From Synechococcus sp. UW140 (lineage in GTDB: Bacteria; Actinomycetota; Actinomycetes; Actinomycetales; Microbacteriaceae), in assembly GCA_943367555.1 (NCBI GenBank), contig CALRJN020000012.1, positions 12,335 through 76,334 of the forward strand: 64,000 nt of DNA, given 5' to 3'. A model generated the notes under the pieces. The model was not told where the DNA came from. It saw only the letters and a list, made by a program, of their open reading frames with translations, and searched no databases. Numbering within the stretch: the first letter of the stretch is position 1; each line of letters opens with the position of its first letter. The position numbers were made by a program, and so were the translations under genes. Below are positions 8,337 to 16,819 of this stretch, piece by piece.

Positions 8337-10538
8337 ATGACCGATCTGACCCTGGCCCAGAAGGCGTCGCTCGTCGTGGGCGCCGGGTTCTGGGGCACGG
8401 TGCCGGTCGACGCGGCGGGCATCCGCTCGGTGACGCTCGCGGACGGGCCCCACGGCATCCGGCGCCAGCCCGACGGCGGAGACCACCTCGGCCTCGGCGG
8501 CAGCCTGCCCGCCACGTGCTTCCCGCCCGCCGCGGGGCTCGCGTCGAGCTGGAACCCCGCGCTCGTCGAGCGGGTCGGCCGGGCTCTCGGCATCGAGGCC
8601 CGGGCTCAGGGCGTCGACGTGCTGCTCGGCCCCGGCGTGAACATCAAGCGCGACCCGCGCTGCGGTCGCAATTTCGAGTACTTCGCCGAGGACCCCCTGC
8701 TCGCGGGCGAGCTCGGAGGGGCCTGGGTGCACGGCATCCAGTCGACCGGGGTCGGGGCGAGCCTCAAGCATTTCGCGGCCAACAACCAGGAGACCGACCG
8801 GATGACGGTGAGCGCCGAGGTCGACGAGCGCACCCTGCGCGAGCTCTACCTCCCCGCCTTCGAGCACATCGTCACACAGGAGCAGCCGTGGACCGTGATG
8901 TGCGCGTACAACCGCCTCAACGGCGTGTACGCCGCCGAGAACCGCTGGCTGCTCACCGACGTGCTGCGCGGCGAGTGGGGCTTCCGCGGGCTCGTCGTCT
9001 CCGACTGGGGCGCCGTCGACCGGCTCGTGCCATCGATCGCCGCCGGGCTCGATCTGGAGATGCCCGGGCCGCAGCCCGGGAGCGTCGACTCGGTGATCGC
9101 TGCCGTGCGGTCGGGTGCTCTGGCCGAGGCCGATCTCGATACGGCGGTCGCGCGGGTTCGGTCGCTCGCCGCGCGGGCCGGCGGGATCGGCGAGCCGTTC
9201 GACGTGGACGAGCACCACGCCCTTGCGCGGGAGGCCGCGGCCGAGTCGATCGTGCTGCTGCGCAACGAGGGCGCGCTGCTGCCGCTGGCTCCCGGGGAAC
9301 GCGTCGCCGTGATCGGCGAGTTCGCGCGCACCCCGCGCATCCAGGGCGCGGGGTCGTCTCAGGTCGAGCCCACGCGCGTGGATGCCGCTCTCGACGCGAT
9401 CGCCGCCGTCGCCGAGGTCGAGTTCGCCCCGGGGTACCGGCTCGACGGCGCGGATGACCCCGCCCTCGCCCCCGCGGCGGTCGCCCTCGCCGCGCGGGCC
9501 GACGCCGTGCTGCTCTTCGTGGGCCTGCCGGCCGGACTCGAGTCGGAGGGCTTCGACCGCACTCATCTCGACCTCCCGGCCGCGCAGGAGCGCCTCATCG
9601 AGCAGGTCGCCGCGGCGAATGAACGGGTCGTCGTCATCCTCACCAACGGCGGGGTCGTGAGCCTCGAACCGTGGCACGACTCGGTGCCGGTGATCGTCGA
9701 GTCCTGGCTGCTGGGCCAGGCGGGGGGCAGCGCCATCGCGGACGTGCTGTTCGGCCGCAGCGAGCCGTCCGGACGTCTCGCGGAGAGCATCCCGCTGCAC
9801 CTGACGCACACGCCCAGCTACCTCAACTTCCCCGGCGAGAACGATGTCGTGCGCTACGGCGAGGGGGTCTTCGTGGGGTACCGCTACTACGAGACCGTCG
9901 AGCGTGCGGTGCGCTACCCGTTCGGCCACGGGCTCGGCTACACCACGTTCGAGCTCAGCGACCTGCGCGCGTCGCGGCGAGAAGCCTCCGTCACGGTCAC
10001 CAACACGGGCGACCGCCGCGGCAGCCACGTGGTGCAGTTCTACGTGGCGCCTCCGGCGGGGGCGGTCTCGCGGCCCCGGCGCGAGCTGCGCGCCTTCGAG
10101 AAGGTCGCGCTGGAGCCGGGCCAGTCGGTGCGCGTGACCGTGGGGCTGGATGCCCGCGCCTTCGCCCACTGGGACTCCCGCGCCGCGGGCTGGCGCATCC
10201 CCGGCGGCGAGTACCTCGTCGAGGTCGGACACTCCGCCCACGACATCGCGCTCGACGCGCCGGTGCGGATGCCGCAGCCTCCGGCACCGCGGCTCTCGCT
10301 CGACTCCCGCGTGGAGGAGTTCCTCGCCCACCCCGTCACCGGCCCGCTGTTCGCGCGCGCCGCGAACGGGGCCGAGGAGGGCGGCACCGATCTGCTCGCG
10401 ATGGTCGCGTCGATGCCGATGCGCCGGCTCATGCGGTTCCCGGGTGTGGGAGACGCGTTCAAGCGCATCGGGGTGCTCATCGCCCTCGCGAACAATCCCC
10501 TCGTGCGCACCGTCGCCAGCTGGTTCCAGCGCCGCTAG
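8337..10538 (+). CDS. bglX: glycoside hydrolase family 3 beta-glucosidase
   Basis: Real start is ATG 8337 inside track ORF 7431..10538 (MTDLTLAQKASLVVGAGFWGT...). Motifs GPHGIR, KHFAANNQE and VVSDWGAV (nucleophile Asp region); C-terminal fibronectin-like domain. Confidence 0.9.
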   Translation: MTDLTLAQKASLVVGAGFWGTVPVDAAGIRSVTLADGPHGIRRQPDGGDHLGLGGSLPATCFPPAAGLASSWNPALVERVGRALGIEARAQGVDVLLGPGVNIKRDPRCGRNFEYFAEDPLLAGELGGAWVHGIQSTGVGASLKHFAANNQETDRMTVSAEVDERTLRELYLPAFEHIVTQEQPWTVMCAYNRLNGVYAAENRWLLTDVLRGEWGFRGLVVSDWGAVDRLVPSIAAGLDLEMPGPQPGSVDSVIAAVRSGALAEADLDTAVARVRSLAARAGGIGEPFDVDEHHALAREAAAESIVLLRNEGALLPLAPGERVAVIGEFARTPRIQGAGSSQVEPTRVDAALDAIAAVAEVEFAPGYRLDGADDPALAPAAVALAARADAVLLFVGLPAGLESEGFDRTHLDLPAAQERLIEQVAAANERVVVILTNGGVVSLEPWHDSVPVIVESWLLGQAGGSAIADVLFGRSEPSGRLAESIPLHLTHTPSYLNFPGENDVVRYGEGVFVGYRYYETVERAVRYPFGHGLGYTTFELSDLRASRREASVTVTNTGDRRGSHVVQFYVAPPAGAVSRPRRELRAFEKVALEPGQSVRVTVGLDARAFAHWDSRAAGWRIPGGEYLVEVGHSAHDIALDAPVRMPQPPAPRLSLDSRVEEFLAHPVTGPLFARAANGAEEGGTDLLAMVASMPMRRLMRFPGVGDAFKRIGVLIALANNPLVRTVASWFQRR

Positions 10539-10547
10539 GGCCGCCCG

Positions 10548-11582
10548 TCAGAGTCGGGCCACGTACTCGTCCTCGGCGGCGTAGTCGAACCAGGAGTCCG
10601 CGCCGTAGCGCTCGACGAGGCGTGGGAAGGCCTCGCGCCACGTGCGCCCGTCGGCGCGGGCGGCGGCCGCGGCATCCACGATCCACTCGATCGCGGGAGC
10701 GACCAGCGCGCGATAGGTGCCCTGGGGCATGTAGCCGACCTCGGCCGCGGCACGATCCATCGACAGCACGAACGGGTTCGGAACCGCCCACGGGGAGGTG
10801 CCGAGGTCGCCTTGGGCCTCGCCCGGCATCCCGATGATGCAAACCTCCCGGCCGAGCACGTCGAACACGGCCTCCCCGATCTCGCGCACGGTCGGCGCGT
10901 TCTCGTCGGCCGCGTTGAGCACGCGCGTTCCCGGGCGTTCGGCGCACAGGCGCACGAGCTCCGCGATCGTCGCGGTGGAGGTCGTGCCGAAGCGGCTGAG
11001 GCCGTCGTAGGCGAGCACGACGTGCGGCCGCTCGTCGAGTGCGCGCTTGACGAAGAACCATTCCCGCAGGAATGCGCCGTGCGGTCCGTGGATGGCCTGC
11101 GGGCGCAGGATGCTCACCGGCAGGTCGGGCGTGGCGAGGAGCACGCGCTCCATCGCCGCCTTGAGCGGCGAGTAGGTCTGCTCCGCGTTGTCGATCGTCG
11201 GCTCGGACTCGGTCACCGGCTCCGGGAAGACCGGGAAGTCATCGTCGCCGGTCGCGATGTCGAGGTAGGTGCCGTTCGTGCCCAGGTACACGGATGCCGT
11301 GGAGATCACCACGAGCGAGCCCACCCTCCCGGCCAGCCCCGCCAGTTGCGCGCCGTGGTCGGGAGTGAACGCGACGGTGTCGAGCACGAGGTCGTGGCCA
11401 TCGGCCTCGAGCATCACGTGCGCCGTGTCCTGCCGGTCGAGCGGGATGCTCGTCACGCCGTGCGGCGCTGCCCCCTCGGTGCGCGAGCCGACCGTGACCT
11501 CCCACCCGGCATCGCGGAGTCGCTCGGCGGTCGCCCACCCGATCTGCCCGGTGCCGCCGATGATCAGTGCCGTGCGCGCCAT
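10548..11582 (-). CDS. NAD-dependent epimerase/dehydratase (extended SDR) family protein
   Basis: N-terminal Rossmann motif MARTALIIGGTGQIGWATAERL; 344 aa. Confidence 0.7.
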   Translation of the reverse strand: MARTALIIGGTGQIGWATAERLRDAGWEVTVGSRTEGAAPHGVTSIPLDRQDTAHVMLEADGHDLVLDTVAFTPDHGAQLAGLAGRVGSLVVISTASVYLGTNGTYLDIATGDDDFPVFPEPVTESEPTIDNAEQTYSPLKAAMERVLLATPDLPVSILRPQAIHGPHGAFLREWFFVKRALDERPHVVLAYDGLSRFGTTSTATIAELVRLCAERPGTRVLNAADENAPTVREIGEAVFDVLGREVCIIGMPGEAQGDLGTSPWAVPNPFVLSMDRAAAEVGYMPQGTYRALVAPAIEWIVDAAAAARADGRTWREAFPRLVERYGADSWFDYAAEDEYVARL

Positions 11583-11591
11583 GGGTCCACG

Positions 11592-12206
11592 CTAGCCCTG
11601 CGCCCGCGCCCGCCACTCCCGCTGGAGGATCGCGTAGACACCGGTGTCCGCCCAGGCACCCTTGAAGAACAGGTCCTCCACGAAGTGCGCCTCGGCGCGC
11701 ATCCCCAGTCGGAGGCAGAGCGCCACGCTCGCGTCGTTGCGCGGGTCGAGTTCCGCCGTCACGCGGTGGAGGTCGAGCGCCCCGAACGCGACGTCGAGGA
11801 GCGCGACCGCTGCCTCGAACGCGTAGCCCTGGCCCTGGTGTTCGCGACGCAACGCCCAGCCGATCTCCGCCGCCGCATTCTCGACGCTCTTGAGCACGAA
11901 GTACATCGTGCCGATGACCGTCGTGCCGCCGCCCGGGAGCGCGAGCTCCATCGCCGGTTGGATGAAGTCGCCGTCGCCGGCGAGGGTCGTCGCCGCGGCC
12001 AGCTCGGGCAGGCGCGCGGCAACCTCGTCCCGGCTGCGAGGCTCGAACAGCTGGTACCGCACCACCTCGGGGTCGGACTGCAGCGCGTGCAGGTCGTCGA
12101 GATCGCCCTCGCGGGGAGGGCGCAGCACCAGCCGTTCGGTCGTCAGCGGGTCGAACGTCCACGGGGGCGGGGTCACGTCGGTCACCCTACATTCCCCTCG
12201 CGGCAT
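11592..12206 (-). CDS. GNAT family N-acetyltransferase (RimJ/RimL-like)
   Basis: ERLVLRPP...IGWALRREHQGQGYAFEAAVALLDVAF...LHRVTAELDPRNDASVALCLRLGM pattern is typical of RimJ-type GNATs. Confidence 0.8.
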   Translation of the reverse strand: MPRGECRVTDVTPPPWTFDPLTTERLVLRPPREGDLDDLHALQSDPEVVRYQLFEPRSRDEVAARLPELAAATTLAGDGDFIQPAMELALPGGGTTVIGTMYFVLKSVENAAAEIGWALRREHQGQGYAFEAAVALLDVAFGALDLHRVTAELDPRNDASVALCLRLGMRAEAHFVEDLFFKGAWADTGVYAILQREWRARAQG

Positions 12207-12278
12207 GGTCTACGGGCAGAAGCGTTCACCTCGCAGGACTATCGTTGAGGTCACAACGCCTCACGAACGGAGAGCACC

Positions 12279-12569
12279 ATGAAAGGCAAGATCCTCCTGG
12301 TGGTCGGACTGGGCATCGGCTACGTGCTGGGCACTCGCGCCGGTCGCGAGAAGTACGACCAGATGAAGGCCACCGCGCTGAAGTTCTGGAACGACCCGCG
12401 CGTGCAGAAGCGCGTCGACGACGCACAGGACTTCGTCAAGGACAAGGCACCCGACGTGGCGGAGTTCTTCGCCGACGGCGCCAAGAAGGTCGTCTCCCAG
12501 GTCTCGGGGTCGAAGGCGGCGCCCAAGCCCCGCACGACGACCGCCCCGAAGACCACCCCCGCGAAGTAG
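12279..12569 (+). CDS. YtxH domain-containing small membrane/stress protein
   Basis: MKGKILLVVGLGIGYVLGTRAGREKYDQMK N-terminus is characteristic of the YtxH family. Confidence 0.7.
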   Translation: MKGKILLVVGLGIGYVLGTRAGREKYDQMKATALKFWNDPRVQKRVDDAQDFVKDKAPDVAEFFADGAKKVVSQVSGSKAAPKPRTTTAPKTTPAK

Positions 12570-12575
12570 CACGCC

Positions 12576-12989
12576 GTGTCCGCCGTGCCGCCTCGGCCGA
12601 AGCGCTCGCTGTTCGGGCTCATCGGCGACCTGCCGCGCCTGTTCGTCGATCAGGTGCGCAACGAGATCGAGCTCCTCAAGAAGGAGATCCTCGACAAGAT
12701 CAAGCACGCTGGCATCGGCATCGGGCTGCTGGTCGGGGCGGGCGCGTTCGCGTTCTTCTTCGCGGGCGTGCTCACGGCCGCCGGCATCCTCGGCCTTGCC
12801 GTCGTGCTGCCCACGTGGGCCGCGGCCCTCATCGTGGCGGGCGCGCTGCTGCTCATCACGGTGATCCTCGCGCTCGCGGGCATCGCGCAGCTGCGCAGCA
12901 GCACTCCGGCGACGCCGGAGCAGACCATCACCAACATCAAGAAGGATGTCCAGGTGATCAAGGGCATCGGAAAGCGGGAGACATCATGA
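12576..12989 (+). CDS. phage-holin-family (actinobacterial Holin-X / Phage_holin_3_6) membrane protein
   Basis: SLFGLIGDLPRLFVDQVRNEIELLKKEI..., then two TM helices, then TPEQTITNIKKDVQVIKG, which is the usual Holin-X layout. Confidence 0.7.
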   Translation: MSAVPPRPKRSLFGLIGDLPRLFVDQVRNEIELLKKEILDKIKHAGIGIGLLVGAGAFAFFFAGVLTAAGILGLAVVLPTWAAALIVAGALLLITVILALAGIAQLRSSTPATPEQTITNIKKDVQVIKGIGKRETS

Positions 12990-13213
12990 GCGATTCCATC
13001 GAGAGCAAGATCGCCAGCACGCGTGCCCAGCTGGGCGAGACGCTCGACGCGATCGAGGACAAGCTGAACCTGCCCAAGCAAGCCTCCGAGCTCGCCGGAC
13101 GGGTCAAGTCCTCCTACCAGACCAACCCCGTGCCGTGGATCATCGGCGCGACGGTCGCCGCCGTCGCCGTCGCGGGTCTCATCGCGTGGGCGATCCTCAG
13201 CGACGACGACTGA
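12986..13213 (+). CDS. DUF3618 domain-containing protein
   Basis: ATG 12986 overlaps the upstream TGA (ATGA). MSDSIESKIASTRAQLGETLDAIEDKLNLPKQ plus a C-terminal TM helix. The track shows it only as the tail of ORF 12245..13213. Confidence 0.7.
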   Translation: MSDSIESKIASTRAQLGETLDAIEDKLNLPKQASELAGRVKSSYQTNPVPWIIGATVAAVAVAGLIAWAILSDDD

Positions 13214-13264
13214 TCCTCGCTCAACGATTCGCGGTGCAGCCCCGGCACGGGGCAGGATAGGCAA

Positions 13265-14032
13265 ATGGCAGCCAAACCACTCGGCGGCCTCCGCGTGCTC
13301 GTTCCCCGAGGCGGAAAGTGGGGGGACGGCGTCGCGGCGACCCTCCGCAGCTACGGTGCCGTGCCCGTCATCGCGCCGATGATCAACTTCGCGAGCGCCG
13401 ACGACGGTCCGGCCCTCGCGAACGCCCTGCACGAGCTCCAGGACGGCCAGTACGACTGGCTCGTGATCACCAGCGCGACGACCGTCGACGTGTTCATGGG
13501 GCAGGGCGTCGCCATTCCCTCGAGAACGCGAGTCGCCGCCGTGGGCGAGACGACCGCCGCGGCCCTCCAGCTCGCGGGATACCGCGTCGATTTCACCCCG
13601 CAGGGCGACAACACGGCCCGGGGCCTCGTGAAGGAGTGGCCGGATCTCGACGCCGGCCGCGTGCTCGTTCCCCAGTCCGAGGTGGCCGAACCCAATCTCG
13701 TCGCAGGCCTCGCCGCGCTCGGTCTCGACGTACGGTTCATCGCGGCCTACCGCACGGTGGGCGTCCCCGTGTCCGACGCGGTGCGGGCGGACGTCGCATC
13801 CGGCCGGATCGGGGCCATCCTCGTGAGCTCCGGCAGCGTTGCGCGCCAGATCGCGGCCCAGCTCGCCCCGCTCCCCGAGGCCACCGTCGTCGCGTGCATC
13901 GGCCCGCGCACCGCCTTCGACGCCCGCGCGGCGGGACTGGGCGTCGATGTCATCGCGGAGGACCGGTCGGCCGATTCGCTCGTGGCGGCGCTCGTGGAGC
14001 ACGCCCGCCTCGCGCCGCCTAGCGGCGCGTGA
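13265..14032 (+). CDS. hemD: uroporphyrinogen-III synthase
   Basis: 255 aa. LRVLVPRGG...AVPVIAPMINF...DWLVITSATTV...ILVSSGSVARQ resembles the HemD two-lobe pattern. Confidence 0.7.
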   Translation: MAAKPLGGLRVLVPRGGKWGDGVAATLRSYGAVPVIAPMINFASADDGPALANALHELQDGQYDWLVITSATTVDVFMGQGVAIPSRTRVAAVGETTAAALQLAGYRVDFTPQGDNTARGLVKEWPDLDAGRVLVPQSEVAEPNLVAGLAALGLDVRFIAAYRTVGVPVSDAVRADVASGRIGAILVSSGSVARQIAAQLAPLPEATVVACIGPRTAFDARAAGLGVDVIAEDRSADSLVAALVEHARLAPPSGA

Positions 14033-14423
14033 GACGCACGATCGGGGTGCGGCGAGCGATCTTGTCCTGGTAGGCCTGGAACCCGGGCATCACCGAGATC
14101 AGCCGCGGCCAGAGGGACTCGCGCTCGGCGTCCGGGACGACCTCGGCTCGCACCGGGATCGTCTCACTGCCGTACTCGATGACGGTGTCGGGGTGCGCGA
14201 GGAGGTTGTGGTACCAGGCCGGATGCTCGGGGGCCCCGCCCTTCGAGGCCACGATGAGCAGGTCATCCCCGTCGGGCAGGGCCGCGAGCGGGCTCACGCG
14301 TTCGATCCCGGACTTCGCCCCCGTGTGATGAAGGAGCACGAGCGACGTCGCGGCGAACGGCCCGCCGACGCGGCCCGAGTTCGCGCGGAACTCCGCGATG
14401 ATCCGTTCGTTGAAATCGCTCAT
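14019..14423 (-). CDS. nitroreductase-family deazaflavin (F420H2)-dependent oxidoreductase (DUF385)
   Basis: FNERIIAEFRANSGRVGGPF...LLHHTGAKSG...VASKGGAPEHPAWYHNL...R.IPVVRL pattern. Confidence 0.8.
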   Translation of the reverse strand: MSDFNERIIAEFRANSGRVGGPFAATSLVLLHHTGAKSGIERVSPLAALPDGDDLLIVASKGGAPEHPAWYHNLLAHPDTVIEYGSETIPVRAEVVPDAERESLWPRLISVMPGFQAYQDKIARRTPIVRLTRR

Positions 14424-14821
14424 GCGGTGGTCAGCGCCGCGGCGAGCAGAATGATTCCCACGAGCGGCAGCGTGCCTTGCACGAGGGCGGCGCGGAACAG
14501 CTTCGGCGAGCTCACGAGGAGCACGAGCGCGGCGGCGACCATGCTCCCGGCCGCGAGGAAGATGAGGGCCGCCCCGGCGGCGGTCGAGCCCGTGACGATG
14601 AGCAGGACGCCGACGCCCGCGCCGATCGCGAGGAAGAGGTTGTAGAAGCCCTGGTTGAACGCCATCGGCTTCAAGGTCACGGCCTCCTCCTCGGTGCGCA
14701 CGCCGAAGGTGCGGCGGGTGGAGGCCCGCGTCCAGAGCAGGCTCTCGAGCGCGAAGATGTAGACGTGGATGAGGGCGGCGAGCCCCACGAGCACGAGCGA
14801 GACGATGGTGAGCGCGGTCAT
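14420..14821 (-). CDS. DUF1304 family membrane protein
   Basis: 133 aa, 4 TM. LAALIHVYIFALESLLW...AFNQGFYNLFLAIG is typical of DUF1304. Confidence 0.6.
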   Translation of the reverse strand: MTALTIVSLVLVGLAALIHVYIFALESLLWTRASTRRTFGVRTEEEAVTLKPMAFNQGFYNLFLAIGAGVGVLLIVTGSTAAGAALIFLAAGSMVAAALVLLVSSPKLFRAALVQGTLPLVGIILLAAALTTA

Positions 14822-14847
14822 CCCGTCAGTGTGGCACCGATTGCGAC

Positions 14848-15873
14848 TCAGCCGAAGAGCACGGCGGCTTCGTCGTAGCGTTCCTGCGGCACGGTGTTGA
14901 GCTGGCCGAGGGCCTCCTCGAAGGCCACGTGCGTGATCGTGGTGCCGCGCAGCGCCACCATCCGGCCCCAGTGGCCGTCCTTCACGGAGTCGACCGCGGC
15001 CATGCCGTAGCGGGTGGCGAGAACGCGGTCGTAGGCGGTCGGCGTGCCGCCGCGCTGGATGTGCCCGAGCGTGGTCGAGCGCGTCTCGATGCCTGTGCGA
15101 GCCTCGATCTCGGGCGCGAGCATGTCGCCGATGCCGCCGAGTCGGGGACGCCCGAAGGCGTCGAGTCCGCGCTCGCTGTGCGCGTCATCCATCGTGTCGA
15201 GTTTGAAGCCCTCGGCGACGACGATGAGCGGGGCGCGACCGCGCGAGCGGGCCGAGTCCACCCACTCGACGATCTGGTCCATGCTCGTCTTCTGCTCGGG
15301 GATGAGGATCGCGTGGGCGCCGGCCGCCATGCCCGAATGGAGCGCGATCCAGCCGACGTGGCGGCCCATGACCTCGGCGATCATGCACCGGCCGTGCGAG
15401 TCGCCCGTCGTGCGGAGGCGGTCCATCGCCTCAGTCGCGATCTGCGTGGCGGTGTCGAAGCCGAACGTGTAGTCGGTCGCGGAGAGGTCGTTGTCGACCG
15501 TCTTGGGCACGCCCACGATCTTGATTCCGGCATCCGTGAGGCGCTTGGCGGCCGCGAGGGTGCCCTCGCCGCCGATCGCGATGATCGAGTCGATTCCGAG
15601 GCGCTCCATGTTCTCGCGCACCCGGTCGGGCCCGCCGTCGCCCTCGAAGGGATTGGTGCGGCTCGTGCCGAGGATCGTGCCGCCCTGCTTGCCGATGCCC
15701 TGGATGTCCTTGCGCTCGAGCGGCATGATGTCGCCCTGCACGACTCCGCGCCAGCCGTCCTTGAAGCCGACGAACTCCTCGTTGTAGACCTTGATGCCCT
15801 TGAGGACGGCACCGCGGATGACCGCGTTGAGGCCGGGGCAGTCGCCGCCACTGGTGAGGATTCCGATGCTCAT
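14848..15873 (-). CDS. pfkA: 6-phosphofructokinase
   Basis: True start is Met48 of track ORF (cat at 15871..15873). MSIGILTSGGDCPGLNAVIRG, IGGEGTL, PKTVDNDL, MGRHVGWIAL motifs. Gly in GGEGT suggests an ATP rather than PPi donor (inference). Confidence 0.9.
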   Translation of the reverse strand: MSIGILTSGGDCPGLNAVIRGAVLKGIKVYNEEFVGFKDGWRGVVQGDIMPLERKDIQGIGKQGGTILGTSRTNPFEGDGGPDRVRENMERLGIDSIIAIGGEGTLAAAKRLTDAGIKIVGVPKTVDNDLSATDYTFGFDTATQIATEAMDRLRTTGDSHGRCMIAEVMGRHVGWIALHSGMAAGAHAILIPEQKTSMDQIVEWVDSARSRGRAPLIVVAEGFKLDTMDDAHSERGLDAFGRPRLGGIGDMLAPEIEARTGIETRSTTLGHIQRGGTPTAYDRVLATRYGMAAVDSVKDGHWGRMVALRGTTITHVAFEEALGQLNTVPQERYDEAAVLFG

Positions 15874-15980
15874 GCGTACTATCTTGCCGTGTTCCGATCG
15901 ACTGCTCGTTCGGGGGGCGGGACACGGTCCCGCAGGCGTGGTGCAACGAGCCCTGTGACCACTAGAGTCGTGCCGCGCGG

Positions 15981-16002
15981 CAGAAATGCGGCCGCATTTC
16001 TG
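15981..16002. promoter_or_regulatory. perfect 22-bp palindrome CAGAAATGCGGCCGCATTTCTG abutting the RBS of the DUF4190 gene
   Basis: Read directly. The 3' end overlaps GGAGGA (16002..16007), 12 nt before ATG 16014. Lies in the divergent pfkA / DUF4190 intergenic region. Confidence 0.5.
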
Positions 16003-16013
16003 GAGGAAACCCA

Positions 16014-16331
16014 ATGACTGACGCAGCTCCCGCCCCGGCCCCGGCGGCCCCCGCAGCAGTTCCCGGCAAGACCCTCGGCGTCGTCGCCATCTTCGTCTCG
16101 ATCTTCTTCTCGGTGATCGGCATCATTCTTGGCTTCGTGGCCCGGAGCCAGTCCAAGAAGGCTGGATTCAAGAACGGCGCGGCAACGGCGGCGATCGTGA
16201 TCGGGTTCATCGTGCTCGCACTGCAGATCATCCTGCCGATCACGCTGGGTGCGACCCTCTTCTCGGCCTGCAACGGACTCGAGCCGGGCACCTACACGCT
16301 CGACAACGGCGCCACCCTCACCTGCGGCTAG
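16014..16331 (+). CDS. DUF4190 domain membrane protein
   Basis: Pro/Ala-rich N-terminus, two TM helices (LGVVAIFVSIFFSVIGIILGFVARSQ), C-terminal C-x17-C tail. Confidence 0.55.
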   Translation: MTDAAPAPAPAAPAAVPGKTLGVVAIFVSIFFSVIGIILGFVARSQSKKAGFKNGAATAAIVIGFIVLALQIILPITLGATLFSACNGLEPGTYTLDNGATLTCG

Positions 16332-16345
16332 GCCTCAGACCATGA

Positions 16346-16380
16346 CGAACGGCGCTCTCCGATCCGGGGAGCGCCGTTCG
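16346..16380 (+). terminator. candidate intrinsic terminator hairpin
   Basis: 12-bp perfect stem cgaacggcgctc / gagcgccgttcg with 11-nt loop, 15 nt after the stop at 16331, followed by cgtcttc. Confidence 0.5.
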
Positions 16381-16397
16381 CGTCTTCGGGAGTATTC

Positions 16398-16793
16398 ATG
16401 ACCATCCTCAACGGAGTGCCGATCGACCCGCCCCCGGGCTCCCGCCCGCAGGGCCCCCGTGCGCCCGAGCCCACCCCGACGGCGAGCGCCGACTCCCAGG
16501 CGGTCGGCGGCATCGCGGGAATCGCCTCGGTCATCCTCGCGTTCACGGTGCCGCCCGCCGGCATCGTCGTCGGCGCGATCGCGCTCCATCAGGCGCGCAA
16601 GGGCGGCTATCGCAACGTGCTCGGCCGCGTGGGCGTTATCGCCGGGATCGTCATGACGCTCGTCTCGATCGCGCTGACGGTGCTGGTGATCTGGCTCGCG
16701 GCGCCGGTCTTCATCGATCTGGTGCAGTTCTGCAACGAACGCGGGAACGGCATCTTCATCGAGGACGGCGTGACCTACCGCTGCAACGTGTGA
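16398..16793 (+). CDS. DUF4190 domain membrane protein (paralogue)
   Basis: Same layout as 16014..16331: Pro-rich N-terminus, GIAGIASVILAFTVPPAGIVVGAIALHQARK, second TM pair, C-terminal C-x18-C tail. Confidence 0.55.
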   Translation: MTILNGVPIDPPPGSRPQGPRAPEPTPTASADSQAVGGIAGIASVILAFTVPPAGIVVGAIALHQARKGGYRNVLGRVGVIAGIVMTLVSIALTVLVIWLAAPVFIDLVQFCNERGNGIFIEDGVTYRCNV

Positions 16794-16819
16794 TCGGTGC
16801 CCCCGGGTAGTCTCGGCGC

